A stretch of DNA of 64,000 nt. Source: Vicugna vicugna (lineage: Eukaryota). Position numbers and translations under genes: made by a program. Where the stretch lies: contig MU061579.1 of NCBI GenBank assembly GCA_013265495.1, positions 6,136,963 through 6,200,962 on the forward strand, written 5' to 3'. This document shows positions 25,381 through 37,247 of this stretch, piece after piece (the first letter of the stretch is position 1; each line of letters begins with the position of its first letter). Under the pieces are notes generated by a model that was not told the origin of the DNA, searched no databases, and worked only from the letters and a program-made list of their open reading frames with translations.

Positions 25381-26469
25381 ACTCCACAAACTGCCTCTCT
25401 GCACCTGGTATAGGCTTGAAGCATCTATGTCCATTTTTCAAATGTATCAGGGGGCAGCAGAGGGCCTACCTTCTGATACATTTGTGCACAATAAATGTGA
25501 GGGAATGGAGGTGAAACTGTTATTTTTTGGAAACCATGAAGCTGATTCCTGATGAATTTCCTGAGCTGAGGGTGTTGAGCATCCACAAAAAACAGGCACA
25601 CATGCTGGGAATCCTTTTCACTTAAAATAAATGTGTTTTAGCCCGGGAGAAATATTTTTAAACTATACAAGCCAGGCATTGATAGAACAAAAAGATCTTC
25701 AAAATTCCTCAGCGCTCATCTATAAAATTAAATAAACAGCTAATACAGAGTTTCTAGTAAACCACATCAACCACTTTCTTTTTAAAAATCAAACACTGTG
25801 TCAAGAAATCAAGGTAAGATACCAAGAGGAAAAAAATTCCATTTGAGGGGAAAAACAGAAACCAAAATTGGGATGCTAGTATTCAGCTCTCCACGGAGGT
25901 TTAACAAGAGCTATCAATCTCTCCTTTCATGAACACTAAATTGAGAAGAAAAGGAAAAATACAGATCAGTCTTCATAACCGGAGGCTAGAAGAACTTCAA
26001 ATCCTGAAAACCTGAACTGACAATTTGAAGCCTCTGTAACTCTCTGAAGGACTTGCATGCAGTTTATTCGCTGACTTTTTCCTTTGTTTTTAATCATTCT
26101 GCTCTGTGGCTGTCCTGACAAGCGCTAATGGAGTGATGCAATCCAGATGCTTGCTGTTCAGAGGCAAAGGTGACGACCACACTTTCATCTCTAAATCTTT
26201 CCAAATAATTCAATTTTTCCTGTGCTCAACAGGAGTGCCACCACTGTAGAATCTTGACAGAGAAAAGGAAAAAAAAAACAAAACAGAAAACCCCCCCAGA
26301 ACTTTGTTTCTTAGTAGTTCAACTTTCTCTTCTTCATTTTAAAGGAAGCTCTTTCTGAACAAAATGTGTTTGGTGTCACCAATTATATATTTTTATACGC
26401 AGGTCCAAAACAAAATATTAACAAGCCGGCTGTGCTTTTACACTGGTGGTAATGTGATTAGAGAAATGT

Positions 26470-27220
26470 CCATTTATTCAACAAATATTTATCACATGAC
26501 TACCATGTGTGGCCGCTGTTTGAGGCACAAAAGATTTGATAATCCTAAATAAACCAGAAAATGCTGATGCCTCATTGAGCTTTCCCACCAGAGGGAGAGA
26601 GAAATCAATCAATGAAGGAGGAATCATCTTTATGGGGTAAGTGCTATGATGGAAATAAACAGGATACTATGAAAGAGGAGCTCTGGCAGTGGGTGTGTGC
26701 TTCAGTGGGTCTCTGAAGAGGCCTCTCGGTCTAGCTGGCAATGAACTGATCCCTGGGAGATGAGGTGCAGTCTGACTCGGGGAAGGGCCCTCCTGGCAGA
26801 GGAAATGGCAGTTGCAAAGGTCCCGAAGAGGCAGAAAAGAACGTGGCCTATTGCAGGGCCAGACAGGAAGCAGCACAGCCAGGCATGTGGCACAGGAAGG
26901 AAGGACATGAGATCGAAGGGGGAAGGTACAGGAAGGCCTGTTAGGTCATAATAAGAAACGGGTTCAATTCTGTAATGGGAAGCTACTGTACTTGCGGGAT
27001 GGAAATAAATGATCTGATTTACATTTTCAACAATCATTAAGTCTGCAGTTGGGAGAACGGTATGAAGAGAAGCTATGGAAAACAAAGGCCAATAAGAGAG
27101 GTATTATGGCCCAGGCAGGACAGGACGGCGGCGGGGCTGGGAAGACATTAGTGAAGATGGAGAGTAACGAACGGATTCGTGGTCTATTTTGAGTTTGAAA
27201 TGATAGCCCTTGCTGACACC
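26470..27220 (-). mobile_element. L2 (L2a-like) LINE 3' portion
   Basis: Starts catttattcaacaaatatttat (reverse L2 terminus) and continues purine-rich L2-like sequence. Confidence 0.75.
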
Positions 27221-27861
27221 TTTGATGGTCTTCATTTCTGCCATCCAATAATACCTTGCCAGGAGATAATTTTCCAATTAAATCATTTCTGTGCGCTGCA
27301 CAGCCAAAGTACAAAAGTTCAATTTCATCTTACTTAAAACAGAACGTTCCAAAATGAGAAAACATCCCTGGTTAAATTAGATATACAGAGAATGCACTAG
27401 TTTCTGTTTTTTGAAATAAATTTTAACAACAATGAAAACAATCCATTGTCAATTTATAGAAGATAAAAAGCAAAGAATGATTTTAGTTACAAGTTTAAAA
27501 CATTAACTCAGTCCTCAGGTGATTAAGAAAAACAGTCTATTTAAGGAAATATTAAAGCAAACTGGTTAAGTCTATAAATATAAACAGAATTGCCAAAAAA
27601 GTAAATAAAAGCTTATTTTAGCCTGCAGAGTACTTATGATACATTGAGAAGCTTGAAGAAGAAAAGCTTGTATTTCAAATTTCTTATTTCATCTTTGTAT
27701 AAGTGGTTTGAAGGGTGGGTCTAAGCTACTCCACAATTGTTTGTCTAGAAAACTTGTACATTCCAGAAAACTTACTAACAAGTACATTACTTTCCTTATT
27801 ATCCAATTATTTTAATAAATGCTACAGTCAATTCACAGATTATTCTATTATTCCCCCCCAC

Positions 27862-27937
27862 TTTTTTTAAGTGGAGGTACTGGAGACTGAACCCAGGACC
27901 TCGTACACACTCTACCACTGAGCTGTATCTCTCCCCC
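27862..27937 (-). mobile_element. tRNA-Ala-derived SINE (camelid Vic-1-like), anticodon arm deleted
   Basis: Reverse complement GGGGGAGAGATACAGCTCAGTGGTAGAGTGTGTACGAGGTCCTGGGTTCAGTCTCCAGTACCTCCACTTAAAAAAA: Pol III A and B boxes plus A-tail. Confidence 0.8.
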
Positions 27938-28244
27938 GTATTTTTTTCCTCTTGAACCCTCAAATTTTGACTGCTTAAGGGTTAAATACTGTTAAGGCAC
28001 AATGGAAGATAAGAAAATCTCTGTAAAATTCATCACTTAATATTGGTTAGACTGAGTAAAGGAAGACATTAAAAACCATTTGCTGAAAGAACCAAAAACA
28101 TCTAACCTCAAAGAATAAAAGTGCTCTGCCATCTAGTGTCACTAGACCAGGACATCACACTATGACTAAAGCCAAAGTTTTGCAATAATCATTATCACAC
28201 AAATCAGATGTAAAACTCTGCTTCATGCCACCTTCCTCCTAGAT

Positions 28245-28368
28245 GTTCACATGAAGTAAGCAGAATACTAACTACCTCACAGAGCTTTTATGAGGATTAC
28301 AATTAATAAATATAAAATACCTAAAGCAATGCCTTACACATAGTACATGCTCATTACAGGACAGCTAC
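28245..28368 (+). mobile_element. MIR SINE 3' part
   Basis: tacctcacagagcttttatgaggatta...gcaatgccttacacatagtacatgctca. Confidence 0.65.
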
Positions 28369-29361
28369 AGGTTATATGAAAATCTAATAAAGTATAGTTA
28401 ATCCCAGTATAATTCTGCTTAGGGATGTAATTTTGGGGGAAATAAAGTCTTCAACTGAAATAATCACTTCAAATGCACAAGGACCAGGATTAAGACTCTA
28501 AAGTGAGATTTTCATCCTTTAATCGAGTAAGGTAGCTGGACTATACCACCTAGGGAATTAACACCAGGCCCTTGAGCCTCTGAACACCCACCACCAAATG
28601 GTCATCAACAGCTCAATCTCTCTTAAACTCTTTGTTCTGGGAAGACAGATCTCATTATTCTCTGCCTGTATTTCTACAATTAGTTCAAATGTATGTGGCA
28701 CAAGCATGAGGCCTGTGTCTTACTCATTTTTGCATTCCTAATGCCTGGCACATGTCTGACACAAGGAGCTAGACAGACAGAGGGATAAATGCCTACGAGG
28801 ACTGTGCTCAGATTACTGCCGTAAACCTAGAACAGGTCATTAAATCAAATTAATCCCCGTCATTTTTTGACACCATATGTCAGGTTTATTTTCCTTACAC
28901 AGAAACACACCCCTATCATCAAAATAAACTGAACTACTCAATACCACTTAGTACTCTGACAGAATAGGTACTGAAAACTTGCCAGTTCTTCCTACATGTT
29001 GACCTTTTTCTGTACTGTCTCCCCAGTTAAAGTGTCTTTCCCCAAAGGAAAGCAGCTGGGTTTCACATTTCTTTGGAATAACCCTTAAATCCTGAAAGAG
29101 AATTGGTTGGCCCTAAGGTAGACGTCAGTGAATTCTGCTGAGAACTCACTGAGCATTCCAGCCAGGTGGTAAATCTTTGCTGCAGTCCACGAAATCCTAT
29201 CTATGCCTGGGAGTATTTATAATCCTCAAAAAAACTTTCTCTACTGCAAGATCAAATCTAACAGCTTAAGGGAAAAAAAAATCAACATTTAACCCTAATT
29301 GTTTCGATAATGAAATAAAGTTTCATCAGATAACAAAATCTCAAAGGAGCAGAAAGGATAC

Positions 29362-29496
29362 CTTCAAGCAGTTTTTTCTCTGAAGAGAGTTTAGAAGCAG
29401 CAGCAGGGGCCTGATATAAAAAGTCACAGAGGAACGTGGACTGGGAGGATTCCTGATTTAATCCTCCTTCGGAATGAATGTCATGTTGAGGGAAAT
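29362..29496 (-). CDS. ARAP2: ARAP2 exon ~15 (135 nt): FPQHDIHSEGGLNQESSQSTFLCDFLYQAPAAASKLSSEKKLLE
   Basis: TAG acceptor, GTATCC donor, phase 1->1. Confidence 0.93.
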
Positions 29497-29968
29497 CTAG
29501 AAAAAGGACAAAAATAATACATCTGAAATCTAAAATGTGAACAATTTCCCCTTTGCTTATGAATATGCAGGTGAGTTTTGAGGTTGAAGAAAAACTACTT
29601 CAAGTATACCACGCACTAAATATACAGAAGTATTTATTTTACTTTGCATAAAACTTGCAAATAGGCACTTCAGTTGTGTTTACTGCTCCTATGTGAAAAC
29701 TGGATTTAATTTCAGTGAAAGTGATTACATGGGATTAACTATTTTCATCTTCCATTTATAAGATCAAAGACACATAAAAGATTTATTTCCTAAACTCTTC
29801 CTTGAAAGGAGATAAAACATAGGTCTTAAGCATCTTCCATCTTTTTGGAAATCATACTATTTTTTCACTCTGATGATTTTTGTGATTTAAGAAATAAACA
29901 GATTTATGCTTCAGTCCTTTTAGGGATGTATCAGGAAAGACCAGGAAGGCAAAGGAATAGGGACTCAC

Positions 29969-30143
29969 CTGAGAATTTGTTATGATAGAGAAATTCCATC
30001 TGCAGACTCTGCCCTGCCTTCTTGGCCAGCAGATAGGGAGTGCTGTACTCAGGGTCACCTGTTGCACACATGACATCTGCTCCACTGAACAGCAAAGCCA
30101 TTGTTTCCAGAACATCTGGTTTGACCACAGCAGCACACAGAGC
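29969..30143 (-). CDS. ARAP2: ARAP2 exon ~14 (175 nt), ankyrin-like region: ALCAAVVKPDVLETMALLFSGAD...FLYHNKFS
   Basis: Inside ORF 29931..30173; CAG acceptor, GTGAGT donor, phase 0->1. Confidence 0.95.
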
Positions 30144-31538
30144 CTGGCCATCAACAGAAAATGCAACTTTCAAAGGAAGAAAACACGATCCTAGCTACTA
30201 AAATGAGTGAGAGTCTGCCAGTCCATTTATGAGATGTTTGTATTCCTTTTGAACAAAGAAATCTAATACTAATTATGCTCTCAATTAAAGCAACAGACAC
30301 AGAAGGCCTACTGTGTATGAATTTAAATTACAACCCAGGATCTCCAAGGCTCAATTTATTGTTTTGCTGCTGTGATGTTCCCAATCTTCAAATCCATCCT
30401 ATTTGCCATGGAAGGGATTCTGGTGCTCGCATACTATGATAATGCCTGATGCTCGGAAAATTCAAAATATTTCCGGTGTAGTAACGAAATACCCACTCTA
30501 TGTTTTGTTTTGCCATATGAATGGTATATGCATGTATGTCTGTATCTATTTTCCAGCACAATCAGCTTCAGAGGAATCTTTAAATTATTGCTGTGCTTTG
30601 GGGCTTGAAAAATGATTACAAATTCAGGATCTTTCCTTTTGGGAGAGGGTATGGGTAGGGGAGAAACAGCAAGCGAGACACAATAAAACATGCTTGACAC
30701 GTTATACAACAGAACTTTGTACACACAGTAAAACTCCTGGAACCTGATTTGTTTGTTTGTTTGTTTCTTTTGTCTTGAAATAATAAGATACCTTTTCATC
30801 TCTTCCCATTCCCTCCTCCTGCTTCCTCGCTTTATTGGCTTCCCACTTGCTTCTAAACTCTGATTTCATACCCTGATTCCATCTGAATTCTTAGCCTTGG
30901 GTTCACCTTTTACCTCCTTCCTGACATGGTGCACCTGGACTGATCACTAGCTAATTTGCTCTCTGTAATACAACCTCTGGACAATCACTCACTGATTATC
31001 CCAAAGGGCAGCTGAGAGCAGTGTACAACCAAGAGGTCCCAGGGCACAATCACAGCTCTAGCCTGGAGGGGATACTATTTAAAAAAGTACTTATCTTTTC
31101 TACCATGGTCAAGATGACCTCTGGCATTTCCTTCACATTAGAATGAATAAGCCTGAATGCTTGTACCTGACTTTGTGCTAATTTGCTAGGTGATCTTGGG
31201 CCATCCCTTCTCTCTGGGTCTTATTTTTTCCACATCTGCAAAATGAGGATGTTGGAAAATGTAACACCTAGCATCCATCCATTGTGATAGCCTTTGACGG
31301 CCCTCACAATCTAATCATATGTGTTCCCGGGTATTTCCTCTCTCATTACCCTATTCTTTTTCTTCACAGCATGCCGCACTTGCTATATTTATCGTCACTC
31401 AGCTGTTTATGGTCAGTCTCCCCTACACAAGATCACTCTAATGAATAAAAGAAGGACATCTACTTTTTACTACAAGTCTATCCTTAGCACCTAAAAATGA
31501 ATTCAGCAGTTAGTAAGTATGCAATAAATGTCTATTCA

Positions 31539-32554
31539 CCAAGAACACTCAATGGGGAAAGGATAGGCTCTTCAACAAATGATGCTGGGAAACTGAGTAA
31601 GTACACGCAGAAAATGAAACTGGTGCCCTCTTACACCAAACACAGAAATTAACTGGAAATGTATTAAAGACTTAAACATAAGACCGGATTCCGTAAAACT
31701 TTAGAAGAAAACATAAGTGGTAAGCTCTCTGACATCAGTCTTGGCAGTGATTTTTTGGATATGACACGAGAAGTACGAGCAACAAAAGCAAAAATCAGTA
31801 AGTGGAACTTCATCAAACTAAAAAGCTTCTGCAGAGCGAAACAATCAACAAAATGAAAAGGCAACCTACAGCATAAGGGAAAAATCCCTGCACACGGTAC
31901 ATTGGATAAGGGACTAACAACCAAAATATATACAGAACACATATAACTCAATTAAAAACCAATAAACAATCCAATTAAAGAACAGGCAGAGAAACTAAAT
32001 ACAAATTTGTTTTCCAAAGAAGACATCCAAGTGGCCAACGGGTACATGGAAAGATGTTCAACATCACTAATCATCAGGAAAATGCAAATCAAAACCACAG
32101 TGAGATACTGCTTCTGCCTGTTAGAATGGCCGTCACAAGAAGACAAGATTTAACAAGTGCTGATGAGGACATGGAGAAAAGGGAACCCTTGTGCACTGTT
32201 AGTGGGAATATAAATTGATTCAGCCACTATCAAAAAACAGTGTAAAGAGTCCACAAAAACATAAAAATACAACTATCATATGATCCAGCAATCACACTTC
32301 TGGTATATGTACAAAGGAAATGAAAACAGGATATCGAAAAGGTATCTGTATTCTCATGCTTATTACAGCATTATTCACCATAGCCAAGACATGGAAACAA
32401 CCTAAGAGTCCATCAGTGAGAGAACAGATAAAGATGTGGTGTATATGTATCTGTGTGTGTGTATCTATAGATATATAGGTCTATATATACACACACATAC
32501 AATGGAGTATCACTCAGCCTTGAGAAAGAAAGGAATCCTACCATTTGCAACAAC
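31539..32554 (+). mobile_element. Older L1 (L1MA-like) ORF2 3' fragment, frameshifted
   Basis: caatggggaaaggataggctcttcaacaaatg..., atcactaatcatcaggaaaatgcaaatcaaaaccacagtgagata..., ends ccatttgcaacaac. Confidence 0.88.
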
Positions 32555-32922
32555 ATATGTATAATTTACATATAACACTGTGTAAGTTTAAGGTGTTCAT
32601 CCTGCTGATTTGATATATTTACATATTACAATATGAATACCACTGTAGCTTTAGCTAACACCTCTATCACATTACATAAGTATCATTTCTTTTTTGTGGC
32701 AAGAACATTTCAGATCTAGCCTCTTAGCAATTTGAAGCATATAATACAGTATTGTTGACTATAATCACTCTATTGTGCATTAGATCCCCAGAACTTATTT
32801 ATCTACTAGTTGTAAGTTTGTGTCCTTAAACAATATCTCCCCAATTCTCCCACCTCCCAGCCCCTGGTACCCATCATTCTACTCTCTGTTTCTACAAGTT
32901 TGGCTTTTTAGATTCCACATAT
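32555..32922 (-). mobile_element. L1MA-type 3' UTR fragment, opposite orientation to the adjacent ORF2 fragment
   Basis: Reverse complement atatgtggaatctaaaaagccaaactt...accttaaacttacacagtgttatatgtaaattatac resembles an L1MA9-like 3' end; no poly-A. Confidence 0.85.
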
Positions 32923-32946
32923 ATTATGTTATGTTTCACTGGTTAC

Positions 32947-33129
32947 CTTATTTAATTCTTCTTTGGTGAGAGATGCCAAAAATGTTTTTCTGAATCTTCC
33001 TTCTTTGTACTTCTGAGTGATAAAGGTTTTTCTCTTTTCTACTGGTGAGTCCATGTGTAATTCTTCATCTTTTTGAAGATTACCAGCCCAAAAGTCATTT
33101 GCTCTTTTGTTTCCAATGACAATAAAAAG
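32947..33129 (-). CDS. ARAP2: ARAP2 exon ~13 (183 nt), ArfGAP: LFIVIGNKRANDFWAGNLQ...LASLTKEELNK
   Basis: Inside ORF 32929..33156; CAG acceptor, GTAACC donor, phase 0->0. Confidence 0.96.
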
Positions 33130-33899
33130 CTGAATTATCAAAAAATTATAAAACACATCAGCTCATAAAATGCGTTTGAATCCGCAGAAAACTTACTCAC
33201 AATACAAACTGAAATGTAGCTAGTAGAAAATATGCAAAAAGACAAGAAAGACCCAACTCTTTTAGGAAGATGGAGTGTGAAAGCAGATACTATTTGTATT
33301 TTAAATATAGTCTAGATGTTTTTAATAATGGTAGAAGATTAGCTAGGAAAGAAATTGCAAGCAACGCAAATTGCAGCAAAAGCATCATTACTTTTCGAAG
33401 CTAGCTCACATTGAGACAGAGTCATTTAAAATGACTGAGTAGGTGGGCTAATGTGGTTGATTGATAGTGGCATCGAAATCTTAGCAGAGAATGGATGCAG
33501 GAGACAGCAAGTTAGACACGATCACAGTTAATGACAGAGTGTGGCCGTGATAGAGAAAGTCGATTTTGCCAAAAGTTTTCATTCACTTTTCTGATATTTT
33601 ATCCATGCTGGCTTAAAAAAGAAAGAAAGTAAATTCTGGCTTTAAAAAGAGCTGCCAAGCCTTTAAAAGTAGTTATTACTATGAAAGCTTCTTTTATTTT
33701 ATTTTTTTATTTTTAAAATAACTACCTCATTTAGGAAGCGTTGTTAAAGTTAAAGCAGGAAGTTACTACTACTAAACAGGCTATAAGCCATTTTTATAAT
33801 ATGGTGAGAACTTGATCAGAGAGCTCCTATAGTAACCACACCGCCCCACTGCACACCCCCTCCCGGGCCTCTGCTGACCATCAGTCAGGTTGCACTTAC

Positions 33900-33985
33900 C
33901 TCAATGAGTTCGTTGCTCCAAATGCTGGCATCCATTTTCAGACTCCTAACCTTGGAATCTTTTGGTCCTAAAGATCTATGTTGCC
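33900..33985 (-). CDS. ARAP2: ARAP2 exon ~12 (86 nt), ArfGAP with catalytic Arg: QHRSLGPKDSKVRSLKMDASIWSNELIE
   Basis: CAG acceptor, GTAAGT donor, phase 1->0; completes CX2CX16CX2CX4R. Confidence 0.96.
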
Positions 33986-34769
33986 CTGAAGTAAAAAAAC
34001 AGTTGTATTTCTATTTTATTTTGTATATAGATGTATTTTACCTTAAAAAAAGGTGTATATGTATGTGTACATGTATGTGTGGATTAATGTACCTTTTCCG
34101 CTTAAACCAATACCTACTTTCCACCTTACAGCAGTGGTGGTAATCATACAAACATTGTAACCAACCATCATGAAGACAACAGTAACTGCCTTCATCACCA
34201 CGTATTGGTATGAAACTACACTTTTAAAAGTGTGTGTGTATGCATGTGTGTGGGTATGCTCTTGTATATACACATACATAGAGAGAGAGAGAGAGAATTT
34301 TTTCATTGTTTGATAATTAACTAGAAATTGTAGTTAACTGAAAACATTTTATAATGGGACTATGTAAGTTACATATATATGAATAAAGATATTATCCCTT
34401 TACTCTTAAACAAAAACTAGCTTCAACTCTAATCAATGTGTACTTAAACATCTGAAGTATATTCTTTATTGTACTGTTATGCCTGGAAGAGAGTAACAGC
34501 CCAGCAACCTATGATCATCAATTTAATTCTGCTGTATAGATCATCACTCAGCCATTACTGGGCACCCAGGCATATGTCAGACTCTTTTTCTCTAAGCTGA
34601 GAAGGAAACAAGATATAAAAGACATCACCATCAATCTTAAGGACCTTTTGCCTGATAAACATGAGAAAGCTCATTCCTTTCTCTACATTAGGTAGGTTCC
34701 TTACCTCCCTTCTTTGAGACAGAAACTACTCACAGCACAAAGCCCTGGAATTTGAATAGGTTTGCATTT

Positions 34770-35023
34770 ATGGATGCTCAAGTTTCTTGTATAAAATAGC
34801 CATAGTAATTGCATATAATTTACACACATCCTCCAGATATTTTTAATTATTCCTAAATTATTTAAAACACCTAATTAGACAATGTAAATGTTGTGTAAAT
34901 AGTTGCCATTGTGAGGCAAATTCAAGTTTTGCTCCTTGGAACTTTCAGAAATGTCCAAATATTTTTGATCCACAGTTGGTTGAATCCAAGGATGGGGAAC
35001 CCGTGGATATGAAGGACCAACTG
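34770..35023 (+). mobile_element. MER2-like TcMar-Tigger DNA transposon remnant (5'-truncated)
   Basis: ggatgctcaagt...ttggttgaatccaaggatggggaacccgtggatatgaaggaccaactg followed by TA. Confidence 0.8.
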
Positions 35024-36106
35024 TACTCACATAAAGAGTGAGTAAGTGATGGGGGTGAGGATCATAAGTGAGGAAAGAAAGGGAGCTTAAGTAGAAAGAA
35101 CAGCCTTGGGCAACACAAAGGCTCTCTCTTCCAATGAGAGCGAAGAGGAGAAAAGGTTAGGGAAAAATACAAAGTTGGGGAGGACTAACTGATGCTTCGT
35201 GTTGTTACTGATGCTGCTGATGTTGTTAATTAGCTCATGAGGACATCTTTCTTACGATGAGAAATGGGGTAGCACAGAGCTCTAGAAGAGTCTTAAGGGT
35301 TTGAAGCAACTGTCTTGTCTTTGCTCTGAGGCAGGAGCTCGTCCTCTGTATTCTCTCAATGAAGCCTGTGCTCAACTCTGTTCTTGCCTTTACCGTATCC
35401 TGTCTAATAGATTTTTTCGTCCTGTCTTATAGATCTTTTCTAATTCCCAGGGCCACCACAGTACCAGATAGTGCTGCAAAGCTGAAGTAAAGTTTAGATT
35501 GTAGCTAACTTCCTACAAGATGCCCAAAATCACATACCTAAGCTGGGGTCCACTCCCCCAACTCACGTGGACAACTGTCTGTAAGGTGTAAGGTCATAGT
35601 AAGAAAACCAGTCATAGTACTGGTTACTTTCATCAACTTCAATATACCTAGAAAATGCTTCTGTATAAAAATTCTCATCATAAGAGATACCAGACTTTGT
35701 GTAACCAGATTAGAACACAGAGCAGCCTTGACGTAAAAAATAGGTCTTACAAAACACGATTGGGGAAAAAGGGCTAAATCATACAAACAGCCAGCGTTTT
35801 CAGGGTGCTTCCTGAAACACACTCACCTCAATTCTAAAAACTTCAGCATGTCTTTTTAAAATACATACACAGACCAGTAGGCACACACACAAAAATGATT
35901 ACATGCTTAAAAATCAATTTTTATATCTAAGTCATGCATAAGAGAAGTTTAGAATGATATTTCTAACTTTGATTTAAATGTAATAAGCTTTCTCTGTTTC
36001 TCTTTTTCCCAGCCATTAGCTGGGACACATTATACGTGACAATAAAGAGCATTCAGTGCCAATCGGCCACCCAACAGTGATGAGCGTAAAACTTATCACT
36101 AATTAC

Positions 36107-36306
36107 CTGCACACTTCTTACAGATGACAACACAGAGATTGATGGACGCCCAGTCGGGATCCGGGGCTTTACAATCTGCACAGCTCCTGTTGGACTCATT
36201 GAACCAAATCTTCTCGGCTACTTCATAATCAGAGAGAGTTTCTGCTATCGATTGCTGCACAGCTTCAATCCACTCTTGTTTCTCTTTTTCAGACTCGGCT
36301 GTAAAG
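36107..36306 (-). CDS. ARAP2: ARAP2 exon ~11 (200 nt), end PH2/ArfGAP zinc finger: FTAESEKEKQEWIEAVQQ...CADCKAPDPDWASINLCVVICKKCA
   Basis: CX2CX16CX2C motif; CAG acceptor, GTAATT donor, phase 2->1. Confidence 0.97.
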
Positions 36307-37247
36307 CTGAAACAATTAACATTTCTGCATTATCGATCTCCCTCGTAAAGGCCAATTAAGCAGCCTGTTCAGTTTGCATATTCATTTCACTCACAAATTA
36401 AATAGCAGCTGAAAAATATGCCTTCCAGGCAGTTGGATAGTCTTTCCTGCTAAAAATCATCTCATTGAAAAAGCTGGGGTTTTTTTCCTTTAACTTTCTA
36501 CACTGCTTATGACTTTGTTTACATTATCTTGAACCAAAATTAACATAAACATTTTTCTGACCAGGATATAAAAACTGCCTTGTTAGGTCAAAAACTTAAC
36601 AGAGGCTGTGTTTCCTAAGCCATAGTTATATGATAATCATTAAGACACTGGCAGAGCTTCAGGACTCGTAGATTATTCTGCCAAGAAAGTATGCCATAGT
36701 CTGAAGCTACATTATTAAAAACACCCACCAGAAATTGTGGGGTTTTTTCAGTCTTAAAAATAGATTCTTTTTTTTTTTAATTAGCAGAATGTCCAGATGG
36801 CTTTAAGAAACTGAGAAATCAAGAAAGTTTTAAGTGATTACTATGCTAACAGAATTCTAACTCATTTTTAGCCATGTTCTGATTTATTCTAATTCTTAGT
36901 GTTTACTGGGTGCCTGAGAAAAGGAATAAAACATTAAAACATCAGTTCACTCCTTCAAGAAATATTTACTGAGTACCTACAAATGTAGCAGAAAGTACAC
37001 TACAGTTAGGGCTTCCAAACTCAGTGAACCACAAAATGATGCTTCACATTGAAATTTTCTGTTCTGAAGATGACAATGCGTGGAGAAATAATGATAACAG
37101 AAGACTAACAATTCTACATAATCTATAAAGAAACTGAGTGGCCTACATGTGTTATATTTCTTGAAGCACTCTATGTTCCATCACTGTAATATTTACAAAT
37201 TCCTTAGTGGTTTCCTGCCTCTTCATAGAGACTGGTCAGAGCCCATA

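Noticed and set aside
27862..27937. Functional tRNA-Ala gene
   Set aside because: Anticodon arm deleted and A-tail present, so a SINE
32454..32497. 17-bp TG/TA/CA quasi-palindrome within L1
   Set aside because: Trivial result of adjacent complementary dinucleotide repeats
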